From assembly GCA_026026165.1 (NCBI GenBank), contig JAPEUD010000001.1, positions 1 through 64,000 of the forward strand: a stretch of 64,000 bases of DNA. The letters are read 5' to 3'. How positions within the stretch are numbered: position 1 is the stretch's first letter; each line of letters starts with the position of its first letter. The notes under the pieces were generated by a model, which was not told the DNA's origin, ran no database searches, and was given only the letters and a program-made list of their open reading frames with translations. Source of the DNA: Sarea resinae (taxonomy: Eukaryota). Made by a program: the position numbers and the translations under genes. This document shows positions 1-11,832 of this stretch, in pieces.

Positions 1-82
1 TAGTAAATTTCGAAAATTAAAAAAAAAGAAAAAAATAGAAAAGAAATAGAAAAAAAAGAATTGAATAGAGAATTATACTTAC

Positions 83-796
83 TTCGGCGTTGTTTTCCTG
101 CCCGCTTATCTTTTGCGTGACTATCTATATCTCAAAGGCGGATGGCTACATTAGAGTTAGACATTAATTTCGAAAATCTTGAAAGTTTAGAAAAATTCAA
201 TATTTTCGAAAATTAATGAAAAATTTGAAATTTTTTAGACTTACCTTGTACAGGTGGCCACACTTCAGCAAGTCCTTGTCGTTAAGGCTAAGAGGCTCCT
301 CTGCTCCTGTAGGGCAAGGGGCGTTTAAGGCCTAGCACAAGTAACAAAGAGGGAAGCTCTTGCGATCCTTAACCTAGAAGTTGCATCTAAAAAATTAATT
401 AGCACAATATTTGTAATTTCTGAAAATTCTATCAAATAAAGAAATATTAAATAAAGGAAGTTAAAAGCTTACCTAAGAAGTTCTTCTGCAGAGAGACTGT
501 TTGCATCCTCTAAGTCTAGGCAGGCATCCTTGCCCTAACAAGCCTTGTAGGCCGCTTTGCGTTAGCTATTTCAAAGTCAGGATTCGAAAATTCTGAAAAT
601 TAACAAAAAAATGAATTTCGAAAATTTCGAAAAAAGATTGAAAAGTTGCAAAAATTATGAAAAAAAAGGCAGAAGAATTGTAAAATGCAAGGAAGAAAAG
701 CTTCGAAAATTCCGAAAAAAAGAAAAGTAAAACTTCGAAAATATTGAAAATTGATGTTAAGCATTCGATAAGAAAATAAACTTACTCAGCAGTCAT
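83..796 (-). pseudogene. RIP-inactivated, intron-rich Cys-rich gene, probably transposon-borne; likely continues beyond the window start
   Basis: Four exons (796-786, 565-473, 386-245, 145-83) with GTAAG donors, CTRAC/CTAAT branch points and TAG acceptors splice in frame to MTAD*RKAAYKAC*GKDACLDLEDANSLSAEELLRCNF*VKDRKSFPLCYLC*ALNAPCPTGAEEPLSLNDKDLLKCGHLYKPSAFEI*IVTQKISGQENNAE. All five stops are TAA/TAG, as expected from CAA/CAG C-to-T transitions. Confidence 0.75.
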
Positions 797-1117
797 AGTT
801 TGCAACGTTAGGAGGTGCTAGCCACAGAGCCATTGGCTAGGGGAGTACTCATATTCAAATTCCATTTCGTAGCTTTCGAAAAAAAAATTTTAGGGGGGGG
901 GAGGTAGAGCACAGCAGGGTGGTGGTCGTGGTGGTAGTGGTGGTGTTTTTAGTTAGAGAAAAAAGAGAAGAGAGAGAGAGAGGTGTTATATATATACCTA
1001 GTAGTCAAGGAATACCTACCTACCTACCTTAGGTGAATAAATCTTTCGGGAACTTCGAAGATTTACGTGAATAGTGGATTACATAATCTAGTAGTACGTA
1101 CTTGTTTACATAAGCGA

Positions 1118-1153
1118 AAAATTGACGGTCCTACCTGAGGGACCGTCAATTTT
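1118..1153. repeat. Perfect 14-bp inverted repeat (hairpin, 8-nt loop)
   Basis: aaaattgacggtcc (1118-1131) / tacctgag / ggaccgtcaatttt (1140-1153). Confidence 0.9.
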
Positions 1154-2027
1154 CAGAGAGAAGTCTACAGTACCTGTACGGCTACCAGACCTGGCCGTGT
1201 CCCGTACCGACGGTGGAGGTATGGGTACCTTTCGGAGGCATCGCATGGGCTCTTTCTTACTAAGCCAAGAGAATCAATATTGGCCCGACGTACCATAGAG
1301 TGTGAGGCTTCTGGTATCGGGTGTTGAAAGTCTTAGTAATCTATTGTATGAACTGATGTTTTTGATTGGATAGCTGTAGGTAGGACCTTGTCTTATTATA
1401 CAAGGTAGCTATAGAAATACTATTCACAATTGCAAATTCTAAACCACCTATCTTGAAGTGTTGAGATATATTATACTCTGGTTGCTATAGATCTACATTC
1501 TACTATGATAGTCTAAGGTATTTATCAGACTAGGTACTTCATAGACTTACTAGTGGCAGTTGAATAGACTCAAATACTATCAATCACTTTGTACTAAACA
1601 CTATCTGTTACAAACGTAGTAGGACGAGGGGGAGTGGATGTTAGAATCCATTTACGTATGTAGTACAGCCGGTGGAAAGTCAACTTCCCTTGACACCCTA
1701 CTAATGTTTGGTCCGGACGGGGCTTTCATCTGCTTGCGGGCCGGGGGTAGCTAGCTTGCTGGGGGCAAGGCAAGGATGATTGATCGCTGTGACTGCGGCA
1801 TGAGAAAGTGGTGGAAGGGGGAAACTTGGCCTGGGGGTCGTGCAATCAAAATGATACAAAAAGAGTAATAAACGTCTAGTGATGCGGCCAAATCACCCGT
1901 TCAGTCTTTTTTTTTTTCGTGGGGCTAGTGTAAGTAGCATGGTCTGCCCTACAGCTAACGTACCGTCTCTCTCCGCGCCCTTCGACGCATTCCCAAAACA
2001 AAGAGGGAAAAAGGAAAACACGCCCCC

Positions 2028-4132
2028 TTACAATTTCACACTCTTCACCAAGCCCTTCTTGATACCAGTCAACTCACCCGCATATCCGCCTTTGCCTTCA
2101 CCACCCTTATAAACCTGTCTCATCGACGCCAACTTCTTCTTCTTCTCCTCAAACTTCTTGCGCTTCTTGACGCGCGGATTTCGGACGTCCTTCTTCCGGC
2201 GCGGCGCTAGGCCCTTGTTCTTCTCGATCGCGTACGTGATGGCTCTCTTGCCGTCGGGGCCAATCACGTCGGTCTCGGTTTCGATGACACGGCCACCGAC
2301 ACGGGCGGCTTCGGCTTCGGCGGCCACGCGGGAGGCGCGCGCGGCTTTTGTCTTGTGCGAGCGCGCGGCCACAAGGTCATAGTAGTCATCATCATCGTCC
2401 TTATTGTCTTCGCCCCTCAACTCCTTGGCCACGCGTCTGTCGTCGTCGTCGCTGTCGCCCCCGAGTTCGGCCCCGAGCTGGTCTCGGCCTTTCTTGCCGC
2501 GAGCTTCGGCCTCGGCGTTTAGGCGCACCTGGCGGTCTTTGAGACGCTCGCGGTGCGGCAGGTCGGCATCGCCACCGGCGTTGCGTGATGCGGCGTCGCG
2601 CTTGTTGGACTTCTGATGGATCTGCGAGGTGTAGAAGCGCAGAGAGCGCTTGCGGGCAGCCTTTTCGGCGGCCTCGTGGGCCGTGAGCGTTGTTTCCTCG
2701 CCAAAGTCCGAGTCGGCGTCGTCGTTTGGTAGAGGCGAGGTGGTGGCGGGGGGCTTGGTTATAGTGGATGTGGGATTGGTCCGTTGTTGGCGAGACGGCT
2801 TGTTTAGGGCGGAGAGGCTGGCGAGTTCTTCTTCTGTTTGGCGCATGCGCTGTGCCCGCCGAGTCTCGGCCTCTGCTTGTGCAGCTTCGACGGCGCGTTG
2901 GGCTTTCGTTTTCTTAGTGCGTTTTCGCGGTGCTCCAGTACCGTTGGCCATGGCTTTATTGTTTGAAGGCGCAGTCTCATCTAGACCTTCCTCCTCTTCG
3001 TCTTCTTCTTCGACCGTCAAGAGCCCGTTAGATTGTAGTATTGCATCCGAGGCGTCTGGAATGGCCAAGTCTTTCACAGTACTCCATGTTTCCCGGCATT
3101 TGACTAGGCTTTCCATGACAGCATGATCTCGTAGGTCAGTAGCCGGCATAGGTAGGGTGTTCCCTTTGCTATCGGTCGAGGTTGAAGTCAATAGAGCAAA
3201 GTACATGCTCAGTGCGCCGAGATAGGCGGAGAGTGCTTGGTATTGGACCACTGCTACAGAAGGCGGTATAGAAGTTTGCGATTTCTTTGGAAAGGTGGGG
3301 TGCTCAAGGATAGTTTGAACAGAAGCAGCAGCCAGAGTTAGGTCGTTGTACAGTGGCTGGAGATCCAGGAATTCCTTTGCCAGGGGCTCAAACTCGGGAT
3401 AACGGTTTTTCAAAAGATTGAGCCTTTCTTCGGTAGACATATCCGGTCTGATCTCAAGCTGCGGCAACACTTCAGTGACAACACCGCCTTCCTCGTCTGA
3501 TTCTTGCGCCCCATCCGTCTTTCCAGTTTCCAGCCATTCTTTTTCATCAAAGCCAAAGTCCGCCTCTGTCATCTCTTGTAGTTGTTTCTGCTGCAGCCTC
3601 CGGGCTTCGGCTTCTTCCTCCAATGCGTCTGCCTCTGTCTCGATGTTGTCTGCATCGTAGTAATCGCGTTTTGATGTGCCCCATGCTTCTGTTAGATCCT
3701 GGTCCTCATCTGCGTCTGGGCCGTCCTCATCGGAATCGGCGCCTCGGCGAGCCCTCTTCGGTGGAGGGACGTCTTCATGTTCAGAATCTTCATCACTGTC
3801 GTCTTCAGGCTCGGAGGCGGAGGAGTAGGCCAAAACTTCTTCGTCGGAGGGCTCCAAGAATTCATCTGGGCTTCGCATTAGCGGACATGTCTCTCATCAA
3901 GCAAACATGTGCGATTGAGGAACTGACCCTGTTCCTTCCATTTCCTCTGCCGCTTTTCGTCCGGGCCTTCGCCGAGCAAGACTTTATCCTGGTTCATGTG
4001 GAATTCATCTTCGGAGTCCGCCACATCCTCATAGGTATTGATCTTGAGCTTCGAGCCATTGTCGGCAAAGTCGTCCGATGCGGATTTTGCTTTGCCGTAT
4101 GACTGGCTTGAGGCCTTTCTTTTCTTCGCCAT
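2028..4132 (-). CDS. UTP3: SSU processome component Utp3/Sas10 (2 exons: 4132-3928, 3865-2028)
   Basis: Acidic N-terminus; C-terminal Sas10 motif KRAITYAIEKNKGLAPRRKKDVRNPRVKKRKKF...GYAGELTGIKKGLVKSVKL; the GT-AG intron joins the two ORFs in frame. Confidence 0.93.
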
Positions 4133-4396
4133 TCTGGCCTGTTGATCTGCTGAATTGGGATATGGTGGTGGTGGAGCGCAGCAAAATTCCAAAATTCCTA
4201 GAGTTCGCTAAACCATTTCAGGGTTCCAGGTGAGCCGGCCACGGATGAACGTTTATCCTCGGGCGTCTCCCGGCCGCGTACATTTCCGCGTTCCACAATT
4301 CCATCGTGCTTACTGGGAGCTCGGCGCATTTCAGACCTCATAGCTGATAGGTGTGGTCCTCAATCGGGGGCATACGCACCGAGTTGCTTGCTTGTC

Positions 4397-5563
4397 ATGG
4401 CCATTGGCTTCTTTTGGACCTCTGTCCTCTTCGGTGTCTTTGCCGCTGTCATGGCATTGGACGTCATGGGCGTCTTCCGCAAGAAGAACCAGTTCCCCGT
4501 CGACGGTCGTGTAAGCATCTCTTCAAGCTGCTGTCAGATGTTGTTTGGTGCTGATGGACGGAATAGACTGTACTTATCACAGGAGGCTCTCAGGGTATGG
4601 GAAAGGCTGCCGCGAAACTACTGGCTCGGAAAGGAGCTAATGTGATTATTGTTGCCCGGAACCCCCAAAAGCTGGAAGCGGCAGTCGAAGACATTACCGT
4701 ACGTTGATATTCTAGAGCTTCTGCGCATCTGTTCTGACTGCTCCTAGGCTGCCGCTGCAAACCCCCAAAAACAACGTTTCCATCACATTAGCGCGGACTT
4801 GACGGACCCCAAGGAAAGCCCGCGCATCATAGAAGAAGCGACAGTGTGGAACCATAACACCCCCCCTGATGTTGTCTGGTGCATAGCGGGAACCTCACAA
4901 CCGGGTTTATTTGTCGAGACTCCCATTGAGCGACTAAGGAGCCAGATGGAGAGCAATTACTGGTCAGCAGCTTATCTAGCTCACGCTACCCTGAAGTCAT
5001 GGCTCGCTCCCTCGGATTCGAAATCCAAGACATCAGTGCCTCGACATCTTATCTTTACATCGTCTGTCGTGGCATTCTACCCAATAGCAGGATATAGTGG
5101 CTATTCGGAGGCAAAATCTGCCCTACGGACTCTCTCTGATACCCTCTCCCAAGAAATCCAACTTTACAATGGAGCACGGCATCACAGCTCGTCATCAGGA
5201 CCAGCCGCCGATGTTAAGGTCCATACGGTCTTCCCAGGCACAATTTTCAGTCCCGGCTACGAGCAGGAGAACCTCACGAAACCAGCCATCACCAAAGAGC
5301 TCGAAGAAGGAGACGGAGGGCAGACCGAAGACGAGTGTGCGGCTGCCAGCGTCAAGGGGCTTGAGAAAGGTCAATATATGATTACAGTGGCGATGTTGGG
5401 CTCGGCAATGCGATCGAGCGCGTGGGGAGGAAGTCCGAGGAACAGTTGGTTGATCGATCCTATATTCAGCTGGGTGACTAGCATTGCAATGCTGTTCGTT
5501 CGGTGGGACATGGATAAGAAGGTGTGGAAATGGGGAAGGGCGAATGGATTGCCCGGAAAGTAA
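4397..5563 (+). CDS. TSC10: 3-ketodihydrosphingosine (3-dehydrosphinganine) reductase, SDR family (exons 4397-4510, 4567-4698, 4748-5563)
   Basis: Rossmann motif TGGSQGMG, catalytic YSEAK (YxxxK), [18 protein letters not shown] motif, hydrophobic C-terminal segment. The start could be a later ATG. Confidence 0.88.
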
Positions 5564-5853
5564 GGACGGCAGTATGCGAGTTCTATACTCGTTTGACTGT
5601 AGAATGCGTACGTCGAGAACATATCAATATAATACTTTTTATCCTAGACATAGCGGAACTTCGTGGGTGGAAATGCTGGTGCAGGCCCCTCGGTCTGGAC
5701 TTCCCAGAGTGCTGCGCTCGGACCCGTGTCTCGGCAAAACGATATTCCGAGATCGCACCCCAAGTGAAATTTCCAGCTTGAGCCCAAAACATTTTGACCG
5801 CCAGGAACGCAAAGTATCGGATATCTTGCTCCCAGTCCAGCCATTTGCCCAAC

Positions 5854-8369
5854 ATGGCGCCCACCGACAGTTCCAAGAAGCGCAAGGCAGTAACGCGCGA
5901 TGTCTCTGATTCTCCCGATGTAGCATCGGACGACGAGTTCGAGACGGGACTGCTGGACGGCATTCTCTCGCAGAGCGAGGACGAGGACGACTCGGCAGAA
6001 GATACTGGATCCGAAGAGGAAGAAGAAGACAGTGAGGCCGAAATCGACGAAGACGACGACGTATTGGACAGCGACGAGATCCCTTCCGAGGAAGAGGATG
6101 AGGTGCGACAGCAGCTTGATAACCTGCGAGTTGCTCGGGACCGGAAAAGCGCGAAGAAATCGAACGGGGACGGTGGATTGGTAAAGGTCAATGGAGCGAG
6201 GCCCTCGAAGGCGCTGAATATTAGTGATGAAGCAGACGAACGAAAAGAGCTGTCGGATGATGACGATAGTCCCAATTACAGGGTCACCAGAGATGCAAAT
6301 GGAAACCCGCGGTACATCTACAATGAAATCGATCCCGTCTACGATTCGGATGATTCTGATGCGCCTGCACATACAAACACGATTGGAAACATTCCTCTCT
6401 CCTTCTATGATGCGTATCCGCATATCGGCTACGATATCGACGGAAAGAAGATAATGCGGCCTGCGAAAGGCGAGGCGCTGGATGCGCTACTGGACAGTAT
6501 TGAGGTTCCGAAAGGATGGACTGGCCTTACCGATCCGAATACTGGAAAACCTCTGGAGCTGAGTCAAGAGGAGTTGGAAGTCTTGAGACGGATACAGATG
6601 AACGAGGTTGGAGAGAACTACGATCCTTATCCGGTACGTTACTTTGTTCGTCAGTCGAAATGTCTTACATACTGACAGAGGATAGGCAACAATCGAGTAC
6701 TTTACGAGCAAGACAGAGACGATGCCATTGAGTGCAGCACCAGAACCGAAGAGGAGGTTTGTGCCGTCGAAACATGAGGCTAAACGGGTTTGTATATTTG
6801 TTCTACATTTTGGGATAGACTACTGACGCCCAACAGATCATGAAGATTGTCCGAGGAATTAGAGAGGGCCGGATAGTACCCTATAAACCCCCATCTGAGG
6901 AAGAGGAGGATCCAGATGTCAAGCGGTACGACATCTGGGCTGACGAGGCGCCAAGGCCCGACCATCCCATGAATATACCCGCGCCCAAGCTGCCTCCTCC
7001 AGGCTACGAGGAGAGCTACCATCCTCCCCCAGAATATCTTCCCGACAAGTCCGAAAAAAAAGCATGGGAAGAAGCCGACGAAGAAGATCGTGAAAAAGAA
7101 TACCTGCCAACCGACCACGATGCTCTCCGCAAAGTGCCCGGATACGCGGGATTCGTCAAGGAGAAATTCGAACGCTGTCTAGATCTGTATCTAGCCCCAC
7201 GTGTGCGCCGAAGTAAACTCAACATCGACCCCGAGTCTCTTCTGCCCAAACTCCCCAGCCCTGATGAGCTACGTCCCTTCCCCACAGCCTGCGCGACGTT
7301 GTTCCGTGGCCATGAGGGCCGTGTCCGCAGTCTCAACATAGACCCTTCGGGCGTCTGGCTTGCGACCGGCGGCGATGATGGCACGGTCCGTATGTGGGAA
7401 TTGCTTACGGGTCGTCAAATCTGGTCCGTCAAGCTCTCCGACGAGGAAGAAGCCGTCAACGCAGTCCGCTGGCGTCCCGGGAAAGATGCCGTCGTCCTCG
7501 CGGCGGCGGCAGGAGAAGATATCTTCTTCATCGCTCCACCCATCGTCGATCCGGAGACCGAGACAAGATCGCGTGAGCTCCTCGACGCAGGCTGGGGACA
7601 TGCAGCCGAAAACTCATCCACGGCCGCCTCGGGGCCGAAGAAGGAACCAGCCGCGAAATGGACCCGCCCCTTATCCGCGCATCTCGTTGACTCGGGCGTC
7701 CTGGTCCGGGCAACCTGCCGGTCCCAAGTCAAAACCCTGACCTGGCACCGCCGGGGCAACTACCTCTCGACCGTATCTCCCCGCGGTCAAACCTCTGCCG
7801 TCGCCATCCACACGCTCAGCACGCACACGTCACAGCTTCCCTTCCGCCGGCTCAAGGGCCTGCCCCAAACCTGCGCCTTTCACCCATCCAAGCCCGTTTT
7901 CTTCGTTGCCACACAACGCGCCGTCCGCGCCTACGACCTGCAACGCCAAGAACTCTTGCATATCCTGCAGCCGGGCGCGCGCTGGATCTCATCCATGGAC
8001 ATCCACCCGGGCGGTGACAACCTGATCCTCGGCTCGTACGACCGACGCCTGCTCTGGCACGATCTCGAGCTGTCGCCGCGGCCCTATAAGACGCTGCGGT
8101 ACCACACCAAGGCGATTCGGGCGGTCAAGTTCCACTCGCAGGCGGGCTCGTACCCGCTCTTCGCCGACGCCAGCGATGACGGCTGCGTCCAGGTCTTTCA
8201 TGGTAAGGTCGTCGGCGATCTCATGACGAATGCCACCGTTGTGCCGCTCAAGGTGCTCAGGGGCCATGCCGTCAAGGCCGGGCTGGGTGTCCTGGATCTC
8301 GATTGGCATCCGCGCGAGCCGTGGGTCGTGAGTGCGGGCGCGGATGGCACCTGTAGGCTGTGGATGTGA
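5854..8369 (+). CDS. ERB1: Ribosome biogenesis protein Erb1/BOP1, WD40 (introns 6634-6685, 6788-6836)
   Basis: [51 protein letters not shown] and C-terminal WD repeats ending [21 protein letters not shown]. Confidence 0.96.
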
Positions 8370-8569
8370 TATGATGGAATGGGGTCTGACGTGATGGTGG
8401 TTCTTCTTTGCGGTTGGTTGGTTGGTTGGCTCGTTTGTTTGTTGTCATGGATGAGGATGTGCCTGTGTTGTGTTTCATTTTAGTTTCCGTCCAGTAGAAA
8501 GAGCTTGGATCCGATCTTCGGGTCAGGCAGTCATGTCTTCTGTCTGTGGGCAATTTATTAGAGAAATGA

Positions 8570-10020
8570 AAGGAAAAGGATAGATGAATACCTAGGTACT
8601 CTGTCCTGTCTCTACCTAGCTACCTACCTACTTACCTAACCGCCTGCCTAATCGCCTACGTTCCCTACGCGCCTAGTCACCATATTCACCTATGCTACTC
8701 CTAGAGATCTACTTTATCTCCCCTATTTTATTGTCTACCTGCTTACCTTCCTACCCGCCTTTATACCCCTCTACTATACTGTATTATACTATATTATACT
8801 AGCCCATACTAGCCCATACTAATCCTATATTGAACTACACGAGATCAACCAAATTTCCCCTTTTCCCCTACTCTCTTTACCCTTCCCCCTTACCCCTCAC
8901 CCGCTCGCCTCTTCACTGCGCCTCTATCCCTCCTTTCTCTCTCCCTTGGACTCTCTCTCTCTCTTCTAGGATCCTCTTCACACTCTCTCCCTAAGAGATA
9001 TTAATATAGACCACCTGCTTTTTTCTTGCCTTAACTTAACTTGCCTTAGTTTGTCTTATCCTATTCTACCTTGTCTTACTATATCCTATCTTATATATAA
9101 GGATAGAATTACTATAAGCTTAGACTAAGGTAGGTATAAGATAAGAGAAATTAGATTTCTATATAAGTGTATAGAGATAATAGAAATCAGGATATAGTAT
9201 TAGAATATAGAAATAGAGATAGTAGAGATTAAAAGATTGTAGAGCTAGGTTAACATAGTAGTAGAGGTAGATACAGAGCTAGTGGGAGCTAGTAAGAAAT
9301 AGGTAATAGAGAACAGAAACCATCGAATAATATAAAGGGTCTGTTATTTAGAATAACTCTCTTATACTCTCTTATTTTTTTCGGTCTATCTATTTCTTTT
9401 TTGATTTACCTGTATACTTTAAAAAATAAGAGAAGGGAAGAAAAGACAAAACAAAAGCCCGCTTTAGTCTCTACTAACCAATGCACTAGGTAGTCATACA
9501 ACACAGTACCTACAGTACAGTACAATACAAGAATAAGCAATTATCTACAGCACAGGCCTGCAGATCAACCCACCCTACAAGAGATAAATCCTTCCTCTTT
9601 TCTTTTTCCATTTGTCTATCTTTCTTTTTCCATCTACTAGACAAGGAAAACCCCACACTATTTGCCCTGGTTCTAGGATATCCAAAGAATAATATATCTA
9701 TAATAGAGGATAGGCACTATAGATATGGCTAGATACAAATATTCTCATACAGGGTTCGGGACGGCTTGTCAATGGGAAATGAATCGTTACGCACTGTTGA
9801 TAGGTAAAAGGAGGAGAGGGAGAGGTGGGGGAGAAGGGAGACAGAGGTTGGTGAGGGGGTCGGTCGAGTAGATTAGCGTAGACTGGGCCTAAATGTATCT
9901 TTGTCCTATCTAGAAGCATTCTGGGCCGAGTGCCTAGGGGGCTGTGATCTCTGGGGTTGGCTTTCTTTTGCTTCTCGAGGGGAGATAAGGAGGTGGAAGA
10001 GAAAGGGCAAGACTAGGAGA
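8570..10020. repeat. TpA-rich low-complexity island between the convergent 3' ends of ERB1 and GLE1, RIP-like
   Basis: Degenerate (CCTA)n, (ATACT)n and (CTTAA/CTTGC)n tracts, many CTA/TAG words, no convincing ORF. Confidence 0.55.
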
Positions 10021-10146
10021 TGTGCATTGCTTGCCCTTGTGCTAGGGACAGATAGGAGATGAAACGAAGAAAGCACGTCAGCACGTACCCACGATCATAA
10101 ATACATGCGATGCAATACGAGACACCGGGTACGCGACAAAACAGGC

Positions 10147-11832
10147 TCAAACCGCAAGAGTGAGCCTCTTATCGCGCTTGATGACGTCGGGCAAGACCGC
10201 CATCGCAGACGCGGCGACGCTCTTAGGAGCAGCGCGCGGGAACTGCACCAGGGCGAGCCGGAGGGCGGCCAGGGCGGCGGAGCCGTAAAAGCCCAGGAAG
10301 CGCTCCTCGTAGCCCTCGATCATGGCCTTGAGCACGAGGAAATGCGTATGGGTGGCGTGGGCGGGCGGCACGTTGACGATGGCCGCGACGGCGCGCCAGT
10401 AATGCGCGTTCGGGAACGGGTTGTCGAGCCGGCTCTTCTCGAAGTTGCGCAGGGCGAGGGCGGCGAAGCCGGCGCCGAGCCCCGTCATGCGCTCGCCGTG
10501 GCGCTGCTCCGAGACCCAGCTGCCGGCGTGCGCGCCCTCGTCGCGCCACCAGCCCAGCCGCGTCTTGCCCGCATTGGACGTCTCCGGCCCGTAGATGCCC
10601 CAGAGCACGGGGCAGACAAGATGGAATTTGGCGAGCAGGATGTCGATCAAGGGCACTGCGCCGCTGAACTGGAACTCTTTGGTTGCGAAGACTTGGGCCG
10701 CCACGACGCCGACGGGGTCGGCGGCCCGCGGAGACACGCCGGCTTCGTCGATGAATTGCGAGATTAGTGATTTGGAGAAGATATTGATGAGGTAGACTAG
10801 TAGGGCCGGCGCTTGCGTGGTGCTGGGGTCTGCGGTCGCGTACGAGGGGTGCGGGAGGAGGTAGTCGCGGATGTCGACGGTGGGCTCAGCGATGGTGAGA
10901 CCTTGGCGGAGGACGGTCATGATTTTACTGATCTGGTAGAAACAATCGTTTAGAGGGGGTTTCCTACAGGGGACAAATCGACTTACAGGAGTCTTGTTGG
11001 CGCCTTTGCCCTCCGTCAACTGGCCCACGCATTTCTTGATCTCGCGTCTCATGTCGCCGATCTGGCTCTTGAGCGTCGGATTGCGTTTCCCGTGCTCGAT
11101 GACGGACTTCCGCAGCTTCTTCAGCCGTTGGTGGATTTCGAGGTATTGACGGTGGACTTCTTCTTTTCGGGTTATGTCTGGTTGTTTGGCTGGGGATTGC
11201 GTGGACGATGTCGGCGGAGGCTGTACTGCTAATGGGGGCTTCGGCGAAGGGGCCGTTGGTTGAGGTTTTGCTTTCGCGGCCACAGCGGCAGCGGCAGCTT
11301 CATCCTGTGCTTGCCTTTCTGCTTCGGCTTTTTTCCTCTTCTCGGCTTCATCTACTCTTCGCTTTGCTTCCGCCGCCGCCGCCGCCGCCGCCGCCTCCTC
11401 TTCCCGCTTTTTGGCTCTCGCCCCTTCTTCTGCATCTGCCTCTGCTTTCGCCCTTTCTTCTGCTGCCCGCTTCTTCCGCTCCGCCTCTTCCGTCTTCGCG
11501 CGCTCGATCTCTCGTCTCATCTCCGCCAGCTCTCGATCCGTCTTCTCCTGGCGCTTTCGGTCTAGCTCTCTCCTCTCCTCGTCTTCCCTTCTCCTCCTCT
11601 CCTTCTCCACCTCCAATTGAAAGCGCTCCCTGGCGATCTCCGCGCTGTGACGGACCCGCTCATGTTCGGCTGCTGCAGCTGCCAAAGCCGTCCGATGTAT
11701 TCTTTCGCGGTCCGAGCTATCTTTCTCGAGCTGAGCGACGAAGCTCCGGTCGAGAGAGATCCGTAGTCGGCCCAATTCGGTGAGAAGCTGTCTCGATGGA
11801 CTGTCACCGGCAGATTTCCACGGCGAATCCAT
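10147..11832 (-). CDS. GLE1: mRNA export factor Gle1 (intron 10933-10986); start codon uncertain
   Basis: Long E/K/R coiled coil followed by a GLE1-like domain (IDILLAKFHLVCPVLWG, RMTGLGAGFAALALRNF, FLGFYGSAALAALR). Confidence 0.88.
   Translation of the reverse strand: MDSPWKSAGDSPSRQLLTELGRLRISLDRSFVAQLEKDSSDRERIHRTALAAAAAEHERVRHSAEIARERFQLEVEKERRRREDEERRELDRKRQEKTDRELAEMRREIERAKTEEAERKKRAAEERAKAEADAEEGARAKKREEEAAAAAAAAEAKRRVDEAEKRKKAEAERQAQDEAAAAAVAAKAKPQPTAPSPKPPLAVQPPPTSSTQSPAKQPDITRKEEVHRQYLEIHQRLKKLRKSVIEHGKRNPTLKSQIGDMRREIKKCVGQLTEGKGANKTPVSRFVPCRKPPLNDCFYQISKIMTVLRQGLTIAEPTVDIRDYLLPHPSYATADPSTTQAPALLVYLINIFSKSLISQFIDEAGVSPRAADPVGVVAAQVFATKEFQFSGAVPLIDILLAKFHLVCPVLWGIYGPETSNAGKTRLGWWRDEGAHAGSWVSEQRHGERMTGLGAGFAALALRNFEKSRLDNPFPNAHYWRAVAAIVNVPPAHATHTHFLVLKAMIEGYEERFLGFYGSAALAALRLALVQFPRAAPKSVAASAMAVLPDVIKRDKRLTLAV

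Larger units (their letters stand above)
1..1650. mobile_element. AT/TpA-rich degenerate repeat region, probable RIP-mutated transposon relic; family not identified
   Basis: Much lower GC than the genic DNA, many TA/CTA/TAG words, reiterated ttcgaaaa in the introns, and it contains the nonsense-riddled pseudogene and the hairpin. Confidence 0.5.

Noticed and set aside
1620..1650. GAGGGGGAG followed by TGTTAG, resembling a copia polypurine tract and LTR start
   Set aside because: I could not read RT/RNase H motifs upstream or find a second LTR copy in the window.
9698..9919. 73-aa minus-strand ORF in the TpA-rich island
   Set aside because: No recognisable motif or splice support; low-complexity context.
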